A DNA stretch of 64,000 nucleotides from Paragordius varius (lineage: Eukaryota; Animalia; Nematomorpha): positions 2,976,001 through 3,040,000 of the forward strand of contig OZ176053.1 of NCBI GenBank assembly GCA_964247055.1, read 5' to 3'. Of this stretch, positions 37,142 through 49,100 are shown in pieces. The notes under the pieces are model-generated. The model was given only the letters and a program-made list of their open reading frames with translations. It was not told where the DNA came from and did no database searches. Numbering within the stretch: the stretch's first letter is position 1; each line of letters starts with the position of its first letter. The position numbers and the translations under genes were made by a program.

Positions 37142-40100
37142 TTATAATTTCGCATAATTAAAATATAAGTATTCACTTCCTGGTATTACTTTCATATCTA
37201 AATCAATTGAATATAAATTAGTAAATGCTAATAAATGACAAATATGATTGAGCTAAGTAAGGGTCGGTTAAATAAAAACCAATTATTACCCTGTAAATAC
37301 AAATTTATTTAATTATGCATAAAAAAGGGATGATTTGTGATTGATATTTTTAACTAAGAATCATAAGATACAATCCGTTCAACTTTACACAACCTCTTCG
37401 TAAAACATAAGACTCGGTGTCATTTTATAAAAAAATCTTTTCCTCAAGTTTGTCAATAATGACTTAAAACGCTTATATATAAAAAGGATAGAGTAAGATC
37501 TCATACTTATATTTTTTATATTTTAACATATAAACCTTAAAATCTCAAAAATTTTGCTAAAATTTATATTACAAATTATTTTACTAATAAACTTTGTGCG
37601 CGCATTTGGTAAATGGAATTTTTCTTTGTATATTAAAAGGATGAAGGGGATTTTACGAAGGTTCATCCCGATTTTAAACATCCAAAATTAATTTTTTCCT
37701 ACACATTAGCTCTTTAATGCGCTCATAATGTAATATTGCATTGTGCTCATTAGTATTTGATTATATTAAGATGTTACCTAAGTTAGTTACCAATACCATT
37801 CTGAACAATTTATTATTAGTCATGGATTTCTGATTTATATGGTTTATAAAATAGTATAAGAATAACCATTTCGCATTCGTAATTTCCATCGAATTAATTT
37901 AAAAGATATTTCCTAATAACAACTTATCTTTCCAATTATCCTAATTTTAAATTACGCTATGTCTATAATTGTCGTTTTTACTGCCAAAATCCGATTCTGA
38001 CTTCATAACAATTTCCTTTGGCATCGTTATTGGTTATATTAACACTTAGCAAATTAGGGCATCTAAAGACTCCAGATTATATTTAGGATATTTAAAAAAA
38101 TTCTGAAATATAAGGGTTTAATTTATATTTCTGCTTCACTCTTAATAAAAACTATTTAAATAAGCCAAATATCTAAAAATTTGGATTTAAAAAAACAGTT
38201 CTATATGAAACTAATACTCCATTTTCATACAACATTTTTGCAAAATATCCTATTTATTTGTTAACGCTAAAATAAAAGGTAAATTTTTAAGTGAATCACT
38301 TCTAACATGTATATAAACAGGTAAGTGGTTAATATTGCATTATTTTATAATTACCTATTTACACATGTCATGTTGACTATATTTTATTAAGATTTATTCA
38401 AATAATAATTTATATAAATTTTTTTCAAATATCCTACATTATATTTCGGTGCATCGATGTTATGCTAGTGTAAACTTTTGCTACTTAAATTTCCATATTT
38501 TTAGAAATATGGGATTTTAAGCAGGCCTGGGGTCGCTAATTTTAATCGGAACAATAAAATGAATGGTTGTATCCAAGTGTTAATAGCAGATTACACACAA
38601 ATGATTAATCCCATATGTTTTTTGTAAAAAATACTGGGCATTGATTATTTATATTAAAATTAATTTTAACATATTATATTCGTTCTCTTTAATATTAACA
38701 CAATTGATTATATGTTTTATTTTTCTATTTTTATCAGAGGCTAAAAAATCTGGCAATATTTAAATTTGTCATTGTATTTTGACTCATAATGTATATAACA
38801 ACATATTTCCTGTAAAATTGCCGCGCAAAACATTTATCCCTTAATTTACATATATTATATGACTTTTTTTATAAATATAACCAATCTGTAATATTTATTT
38901 TATTAATATTATTGGATCATATTAAAAAAGTATAGTTATATTAAAATATTAGGTAATATTCGACGGTAAAATCGTTCAAAATATTATTAACACTTCGATT
39001 CAAATTGGGGTATCTAAATACCCCAGATTAAATTTAAATCAATATTTTTAAAAAGCTACTGAAGGAAACGGTCCCAATTTAAAATTATGCTTCTATCCTA
39101 AAAAAATTTAATAAATATGCCAAAATTTCTAAATAAAATTTTGTTTTGAAAAAAAGTTCCATGTCAAACTACTTCGACGCCATTTTTATTTTACAAAATT
39201 TTTGCAAAATATCGTCTTTATTTAATTTTAAGGGTAAAATTAAAGCAAATTTTTTATTTATATTACATCTAACATTTATAAAGCTAGACAAAGCGGTTTA
39301 TTTTTTATTATTTTTTATTTTACCATTTCACACATGTTACGTTGACAAAATTTTTACCTTTCGGTTTTAGCTTAAAATAAGTATTATCAAGTTTGTATAA
39401 AATTTTTTATATATTTCGGTTTATTAACGTTATATAAGTGCAAAATTTTGCCATGGTTTCGATTCCTTCCATACTTTTTAAAGTATTTGATCTTAAACAG
39501 GCCTGGGGTATCCAACTACCCCAATTTGCATTGAAGGATAAAATGAGTGTGTTGTATCCAAGTGTTAATTTAATTTATTTAGCATAATTAATTGTTTGTA
39601 TCATAGCACTTCATTAAATAATATTTTTTTTTTTTTTTTTTTTTCATGCATGAAACCATGTGATTGAAAGCGGGAGGATATTCAAGGATAGTATTTTTTA
39701 TTATATACTATAAATATATTTAAAAAATAGGTTTCCTTTTAGTAATTATTAATCTTTTTCTTTGTTTTGTAGAGTTTTTATTTTATTTGTATGCTAAGTA
39801 TGTAATTTAAAGAGTAACATAATTCTTAAGTCATCAAAAATCATTGTTATACAGATCTCTCTCTTTTTTTTTTCTCTACTCCTTGGTGCCTAATTATTTT
39901 ATTTTTACAAGCCTAGCCATAATTTCTTTATATTTTTTCCTTTATGATTGCCAGATAGAGCAAAATATCAATATTTATAATTTATCCAAATTAACAACAT
40001 TTATAAAGATTACTCTTTAATTTTAATTATTCTAGATATTTATTTTTGTAAAGAGGGTAAGTGAGAGGGAAGGCAATGGCAAACCACCCTCGTTTATTAC

Positions 40101-43100
40101 TGCCAAAAAATAGTTTTACTAAATGAACTTAACAAGAATTTTCAAAGTTGGATGCTGGAATGTACGTTCCTTAACATCAACCAAACAAGTGATAATTGAA
40201 AAGGAAATGGAAAGATTGAACATAGATATACTGGGTCTAACGGAAACCAAGCAAAAAGGTAGCGCGAAAGTACAAAACGAAAATTATACATTGTTAAGAT
40301 CGGGGAGAGATGACCAGAAATCTGAAGGCGTTGCAGTATTAATAAAAAACAAATTAAATAAAAGTCTCATTAGTTATACACCATATACACCCAGAATCAT
40401 GAGTATTAGGCTGAATGCCAAGCCACTTAAATTCACATACATAGTAGTCTATGCTCCTACGTCAAACGCTCCCAAAGAAGACATAGAGGACTTTTATGCA
40501 ACGTTGCAAATAGTTTTGGATGAAACGAAGAAAGGAGATATGATTATCATAGGAGGGGATTGGAACAGCAAAGTGGGTAGAGGTAGAGTAGATCAAATAG
40601 TCGGACCATATGGATTGGGGGAACGAAACGAGGCCGGGGAAGCACTGATCAATTTTTGTCAAGAAAATGAGATGATGATAACCAACACATGGTTTCCACA
40701 ACACAATAGGAGGTTATACACATGGACCTCTCCATGTGGTAAATATAAGAATCAAATTGATTACATAATGTGCCCTCAAAAATGGTAAAGCTCTATAATT
40801 GATACCAAAACAAGCAAAAGCAGCGATTGCTCTAGCGATCATGAGCTTTTAATAACCAAAATCAAACTTAAAATAATTAAAAATAAGGTTAAACAGATAT
40901 ACAGATATGACACTCGGAACATTCCAAATAGTTTTAGAACAGAAACCAAAGATAGATTAGAAAGATTGGACAATGGATGTAGCTCAGAACAATTATGGGG
41001 AACGATAAAAAATGTTGTTAATGAAGTGGCAAAAGAAAAAGTGCAGAGAGTAAAGAGGAAAGATAACAAATGGATCTCAGAAAAGAGTATAGAGATAGCA
41101 GAAAAGAGGAGAAAAGCTAAATCAAGAGGTGATAATAAAATGGTAAAATTATATAACAAAGAATTTCAACGACAAACAAGGAAGGATTACGAAGATTTTC
41201 TTAATAAACAATGTCTGGAAGTGGAATTAAATAACAAAAAAGGATTAATGCAACCAATGTTCCAGAAACTGAAGCAAATGACTCATAAACCTTTTATATC
41301 ATCACAAAAGATTAAAAAAGAGAATGGCACCATATTGTGCAAACAAACAGAAGTACGAGAAAGATGGAAGGAATACACCCAAAAACTCTATCAGGCTCCT
41401 CAAACAAAGGTGTTGCAATTAAAAGAAGAAGAACGTGATCCAGATATATTAAGAGAGGAGGTTGAATTAGCCTTAAAACAAATTCCTAACAACAAAGCGA
41501 CGGGATTAGACAATATCCCAATAGAGTTCATAAAAGCTATTCCCGTTGAAAAGTTACACCAGCTATGTCAAAAGGTGTGGGAAACATGTGAGTGGCCAAA
41601 CGATTGGGCATCATCTGTATATCTCCCAATATATAAAAAAGGAGATGTACTCCAATGCGAGAATTATCGGAACATATCTCTTATTAGCCACGCTAGTAAG
41701 GTCTTACTAAAAGTAATACAAAACAGAATGCACAGTATCATACAGACAGAAATACCAGAAAATCAAGCTGGATTTATGAAGGGAAAAAGCACAAGAGACC
41801 ATATCTCAAACATGAGAAGGATAATGACATCAAAAGAGTTTCAGAAAGAATAATACATGTGTTTTATTGATTACAGACAAGCCTTCGATTCGATTAATTA
41901 TGACTCCTTGTGGGAAACATTAAAGTTAGTAGGGGTATCGTCTCACTTAATAAGATTGATCTCTCTGTATGTAAAACAAAGAGCGATTATTAGAACACCA
42001 GCGGGGGACACAGACGAAATACCAATCTTGAAAGGAGTCAGACAAGGGTGTTGCTTATCCCCTTATCTGTTCAATATGTGCACAGAAATGATAATGAGGA
42101 AGTTGGATGGTAAAAATATAGGAGTAAGAATAGGAGGGAGAACAATCAATAATTTAAGGTTTGCAGACGATACCACTCTTATAGCTGAAAGTGCAAATGA
42201 TTTGAAGGAATTGATTGAAGAGATTCGAAAGGAAAGTTTGAGGTATGGTCTTAGGCTTAATCCTAACAAAACCAAAATATTATGTACAGGAAAAAAGCCT
42301 ACAATTATAATAGAAGGAGTAGAAATAGAAATAGTTAAACAGTTAACGTTTTTGGGCGCAATAATTTCAGAGGATGGGTCTTCAACTCCTGACATCAGAA
42401 AGAGAATAGGATTGGGTAGAGAAGCGATGACCAAATTAATAAAGATTTGGAAAAACAAAAGCGTAGGAGTTGAAACCAAAAAAAGATTACTCTACTGTTT
42501 CGTTCTCCCGGTCACCACATATGGATGTGAGAGTTGGACCCTCAAAAAAAGGGACAAAGAAAGGCTCATGGCTTTTGAAAGGAGCTGCTGGCGTAGGATG
42601 CTAGGATACACCTGGAAGGATAAAATTAAGAATGAAAGTCTAACTACAGAAATAAAACCTAAAACAAACATCATGGAGATAATTCTAAAAAGAAAGTTAA
42701 CATATTTTGGTCATGTCATGCGATCGAATTCTCTGGAGAAAGATACAATGTTTGGGAAGGTAGAAGGGCAAAGGAAACGAGGCCGACCACCGATGAGGTG
42801 GTTGGATATGATAAAAGAAGAGACCAAAATGACACTGAAAGAGCTCAATATAGCGGTTAAAGATAGAAAAAAATGGAAAGAAATAGTTAAAACTATATCC
42901 AAAAAGTCGTTTACGACTTAGGAAAAACCAACCAACAAAAAAATATTTGCTATTGTTCAGAAGCATCTATTAAATTATGTTATATCTCTTTGATGATTTG
43001 ATATATCGCTAACATGTCGATATAATAAAGGCCACATAATTATTTTCACTCAGAGTTTCCAAAATCAGATTATCCTTTGTTGTCATGTTTAGTAGGAATT

Positions 43101-46100
43101 TCTCTTGATATTGAATATCAGGCAGTGATATTAAATGATCCTTCACGTTAACGTCAATCGAATTATGGTCCTATTTATTATAGACATATATATATATACA
43201 TAAAATGGTGTTTTTTCAAGTTATAGTTTAATTAAAAATTTGGACTAAAGTTCAAATAAATCAATCATGTTACAACCTTTTAAGAAACCATAAAATATTT
43301 TTAAAAACAAAAAAATATAATATTATGTAAAATGTTTGAAATTAGTTTAGGTAGATAGGTAACTCCTTAGGTCGAGTTTGACCCCTTGGAAAATGACAAG
43401 TTCTCTCCACTTGTCTATTTCTTATGCTATTTCTTTCAATTCCTTTATACATCTACCAGATCAGTATCCAGCCATCTTAACATCGGTCTTCCTTTTATTT
43501 CTTTTCCCTTCAACTTTTCCAAAAATTAAATCCTTCTCCTGAGGTGTATTTCTTAAAATGTGACCAATGTACGTAAACTTTCTTTTTATTAGAGCCATTA
43601 AATGACTCTCAATATTTCATTTTTTTCTTATTGTTTCATTCTTAACCTTGTCAGACCATCTAATATTCAACATTATCCTCCAACACCACATTTCAAATGC
43701 TGCATTCCTTTTTTTATCATTCTGTTTTAGTGTCCAACTTTCGGCAGCATAAGTTGCTACCGGGAAAACCATGCATTTCATTATTTGGTCAACTTGTTCG
43801 CAGCCGACTTCCCTAATGCTATGCGGATTTTGATACCTGGCTTTGAGGAGCCGTTTTTATCTATTAGAGAGCCAAGCATAGGATTTCATTTACTACTTCT
43901 AATGGGGTGTCGTCTATGGTTATATTAGGTTTATTTTCTAATAAACTCATAATTTTGGTTTTCTTAGGATTGAGGTTCAATCCATATCTTATGCTTTCTT
44001 CTCTTACTAACCTTATCATATTCTCTAATCTTTCTACATTATCCGCGATCAGAGTCGTGTCATCTGCGAATCTTAGATTGTTAAATCCTTCTCCCTGCTA
44101 TCCTTAGGCTTTCAGTCGCTTCATCTAATTTTGTCATGATCATTTCATCACTTGGTGTAGTCTGTTCAGGAAAATCTTCAATAAATTTTGCTTGCATGAC
44201 TAATGAGAGCTATCTTTCTATAGTTCTAGCAATTTAATTTTTCTCCCTTTTTAAAGACTGGGATAAACAGTGAGGTTTGCCAGTCTTTTGGCCAACCTGA
44301 CTTCCATACTTCCTGACACAATCTATGTATAACTGATATCGACACTCTTATTAATTCCAAGGGAATATTACACTAGTCGACAAATTTGGACATTTTTGAG
44401 CACCACCACTCAAACTTTTAAATTATGACTAATTTCAGTTTAAAACCGAATGTGAAAGAATTTTTGATCCCGCCAATCAGAGTTTTGAAATATTATAGGT
44501 TTTTCAATTTTTCAAAAAAAAGAGAAAATCAAGAGAAAATTAAATATAACTTTATAATAAAATGTTATTATATTATAAACTTAATATCATTTAATAAAGC
44601 GTTATAAACTCTATCTTTTGAATATAAATAGGTCATTTAAATATCAGAGAGGAAAAATAGTACGGACTTAAACGTCAAAATTTAGTCTTTTTCTTTCAAG
44701 TGAATTTTTAATACGTATAAAAATTTTTTAAAAAAATACTAAAAAAGGCATTCTATGGTTTAAACCTTCGGTTTTTAGATAGGCTATATTTTTTTTGTTA
44801 GTTTTCGTTCTTTCGAGTACTTATTAGGCTTTTTTTCTTGCGTTGGTTCTTACAAAAAATCCTTATTTATACCTAGTGGATATACTTTATTTATTTAAAT
44901 TATTGGTTGTTTTGTATTTTTAATTTCAGATGGATGTTGTGTAGCCACTTTTAGTAGAATTTACTATTATGGGATTGGACCATTTGTATTTTAATCTTTT
45001 TAATTGTAGAATTTATCTAACTTTATTCTGTGAATTGGTTAATTTGACATGTCAATTTGCCTGGATGCTTTCTCTCTTATCAGGTTTTACGATTACTTAT
45101 TGTTATCTTTGCCATATCTGGCATAATTGGATCGCTTGGGGGATATGCAGAGCTTGTGCAGCCGCCCGGATCTATCACACTATACATAAGCCCCTTTTAG
45201 ATTTTTAATACTTTGGCTCTTAGCTTGTTTAGTATCTTAATTAATGCCTAGAATTTTGTATGCATGGAATATTACTTTTATCGACTTGTTCGTTTGAATA
45301 TTTAAACATATGTACACGAGGAATGATTGTTATTTTTAAATTAAATACAAATTTAAAAATTAAATTCCGGAAAAATCCTATTGGTGGCCTCAATTTTCTT
45401 TTTTGTTTTGGCCTTTCCATGCCATTAGGTATCAGAAAATGCAAAATAATGGGGTGGTGCAAAACCTTGTTGAGCAGTGTTATCTATTCCCGAGGCTTTC
45501 CTTATTGGTATCGATTTTAAAGCTTTTACCACCTCTACTTCCAGTATAGTATACATAACTCATCATCCCCAATCCCATATATTTGTCTATCGTTTGCACC
45601 TGGGTCCGCATTATATAGCTGTTTGGTGTAATTTCCCATCTTTGTTTAATTTCTATTTCCGTCGTCAGGATTCTTCCATCATTATCCTAAATTTTAATGT
45701 TTGGAAGTTGGTATTGATTTGTTACTTTTCTGATGGTTTGGAGGCTTACTTAAGCCTTTTCCTCAATGGTCGAGCATTGTTCGTTCCAATATTCCTCCAG
45801 GTCCTTCCTTTTCTGTCTCTGGAGTCTTGAATTTAATTTTTTAACCATATCTATTTCTCCTCTTTTCTTAGCTCTTCTTCTTTCTTCAATTATTTTTATG
45901 CTGTCATCCGATTTTATATGATGTTTTTTTCTTTGGTGAATATTTTTGGGCTGTTTCGTGAATTATTGTTTTTATGCTATTCCTTTGGTTTTCTGAGATA
46001 TTATCTTTTGTAGCTAGTAATAACTATTGTTTACCTCTATTTTATATTCTAAAGAAATTTGTTTAACATTGTATTTGTGTTCTTTTTTATTCTTCCGGGT

Positions 46101-49100
46101 TTTTAACATGTGCGTTTTAATTGTTGTTAATAGTTGATGATCGCTTGAGCAGTCAAACTTTTCTTGGTTTTAGCATTTGTGAAGAACTTTTTCCATTTTT
46201 GTTGTCCTATAAAATAATCTATATGGTTTTTGATTTTCCCACAAGGGGTCTAGATGTATGACCGTCTTTTACGTCGATTATATCATGTATTCACAACAAA
46301 CAGTTGATTAATCATACAGAATTCTATCCATCGTTCACCAGCTTCGTTCCTTTTGCCTAATCCTTGTTTTCCCACTATCATGTCATACTCTTGATTACCA
46401 ACCTTACTATTCCAATAACCACCTATTATAATCATATCCTTTTTAGGTACAGAGTTTAATAAGTCTTGGAGCTGTTCGCAATATGCAACTATTTTTTCTT
46501 GTTCGGAGTCCGCTGTAGGGGCACACACAATGATATATGTTAAGTTAAAACGGCTAGCATTAAATCTGATGCTCATGATTCTAGAAATATTTATATTAAA
46601 CGAGTTGATAAATTTATTATATTTTTATTTAATATTACACCAACACCCTTCCTCCTTATTTCATTATGTCCCGACATATAAATACAATTTTCTTCGTTAT
46701 ATAAAACACCATTGCCCTTGTTATGGGTTTCGATACCCAAAATGTTTAATTAAATTCTTTGCATATCCTTTCCTAATGGGTCTTTTTTTCTTCATTCCAA
46801 CCCCTGACGTTCCAGTTTCCTATACGTATTTTATCTATCATTTTAATTTTTGGCTTATTTTTATGAACTGGTTTGCCGGGGCTTTGTTCCATACTTAAGG
46901 TGTATGTTTTCCGTCTTTGCAATCTAAGTAATAACTTAAAAGATATTTTAAAAGTAACATTATAAAAAACAACTGAACCTTATCATATATAGCAGGGGTG
47001 GCCACACTTTTTTTGTCGCGAGCTTTTTTTGGCTTTTTTGTTAAAAAAAGAGTTCGCGATCACCCAGAAATATTTATCAAAAAAACTCAATCAACACTTT
47101 AAATGATGTATATACCTGCTTTACAGATTAGAGTGATTTGTTTAAACCATTTTAAAATTGTAATTTTTTATCTATCAACCAAATACAAAAATAATTTTAA
47201 TTAAAAGACAACGGGTTATTAACTACCTTAATTTTTTAACCAACATAAAACACTTCAAAATATTTATTTATTTTCTATTATATGAAATTTTACAATATAA
47301 AAATTTAAACAATGCATTTGAAATTACAGGGGAGAATACATTATGATACAAAAAATAAAAGAAATAAAAAATAGCATTCCAATTTAGAACCATAATTTGA
47401 ACATAAATAAGAGTACATTAAAATTGTATCAGTTTTAATTCTATCCACATATTTTTTAGTAAATCGGCTTTTTCCTAAGCGAAAATACAACTCGATAAAC
47501 ATCCATATTTAATAAAGAAAAAAATATTTAAAACGCCCGACTGCGAAAAAATTCAGAAAGTTTATCTAAATTAGGTTCAAATGAAGTCAAAGCAATTCTC
47601 AAACATGATTCTAAATGTTTATTAGTTAATTGTGACCTCTGTTTAGTTTTGATAGCATTCATAATTGAAAAAGCCGATTCACATAAATATGTGGATCCAA
47701 AAAAAGAATTGAAGAATGCAGCGGTTTTCCAAATATGGGGGTATTTATCTTTATTTATAAATTTATATATATCTGATCCTAATGATTTTAGATGGATATC
47801 GCATTTAACATTTATTAATTCCTCTTCCAACTCTGCTAAATTTGGTACACCAAGAAAGTGGCTGAGTTTTTGAGCAATATATTCAACATTATTATTATTA
47901 AATGGGCATGATAAAAAATAGCGATGTCTTCAAGTTTATTTATAGATGAAAATCGTTTTTCAAAATCATTAATAAGCAAACCAATATCATCTGCATATTT
48001 TTCAAAAGAGAGATTCTCTATTTTTTCAGACACCGCTGCCAGATTAAAAAAATGTTTTAAATCTCGGTTTTTTAATTGTGTTTCTACTACTGTTAGTGTT
48101 TCCTTAAAAGATTTTAAAGCACCCATCATATCCATTATTGTTTTATCTTTTCCTTGTAATTGGATGTTTAATTTATGCAATTTTTCCGTGATATCGCATA
48201 AAAATGCAAGATCAAGCAGCCAATCTTGATCTTTCAATTCAGGGTATGAAAATTTAGAATTCTCTAAAAAAATTTCTATTTGTGGTAAAAGTTGCCTAAA
48301 TCTAATTAAAAATGCGGCACGACTCAACCACCTTACATCAGTATGTAATAAAAGTTCTCCATATTCCACGCCGCACTCATTTAACAAAATTCGAAATTGG
48401 CGGCGGGACAAGCTTTTTGTTCGAATGGCGTTAACAATTTTAAAACAGGGGTTCATTACATGATGGTATTTTAAAACTTTTGAACATAAAACTTGATTAT
48501 GGATTATACAATGGTAATCAATGAACTTGGGAAATGCACTGTGATTTTTACATAAAGCGATAAAGCCGTTGTTAACGCCAATCATAGCTGGAGCTCCATC
48601 AGTAGTTATAGATGCGAGTTTTACGATGGGAAGTTTCGTATCTGTGATAAATTTATAAAAATCAAAAATATCCTGCCCTCTGGTTCGTTCGTGGAGAGGT
48701 ATTATAGTTAATAATTCCTCCTTTGCAGATAAATCACTAAATATCATACGAATAAAAATGCATAATTGGGCGATTCCAACATAATCGGTGGACTCATCGA
48801 GTTGCAAGGAAAAAAAATACAGTTATTAATATTTTCATGTAAAATTTCATCAAGATTACTAATATCTTCAGCCCTGCGCATAACGATATTTCTCGATAAG
48901 CTTATGCTTTTAATAGCTGTCATAATATTATTTTTGTTATCAAAATTTTCAAATAAAATATCACAAGCGCTAATAAAGGCTTCTTTAAATATTTCACCAT
49001 CTTGGAATGGCTTATTGTTCCGAATGAGTATTTCCGCTACCTTGAATGAAGCAATCGTAGCATTTTTATAGTCTTTGTTGTATTTAAGTATGCTATTTTG

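Noticed and set aside
40123-42921. TAA read-through or ciliate-type genetic code suggested by two in-frame TAA codons in the RTE ORF
   Set aside because: They fall at expected Lys and Leu positions (single-base changes), host genes have no internal TAA, and MEK ends in TAA.
40462-49071. Antisense ORFs over the RTE and hAT coding regions (e.g. 40839-41159, 42063-42479, 47924-48229, 48766-49071), and 2706-2912 over SMC5
   Set aside because: Shadow ORFs opposite real coding sequence, with no motifs.
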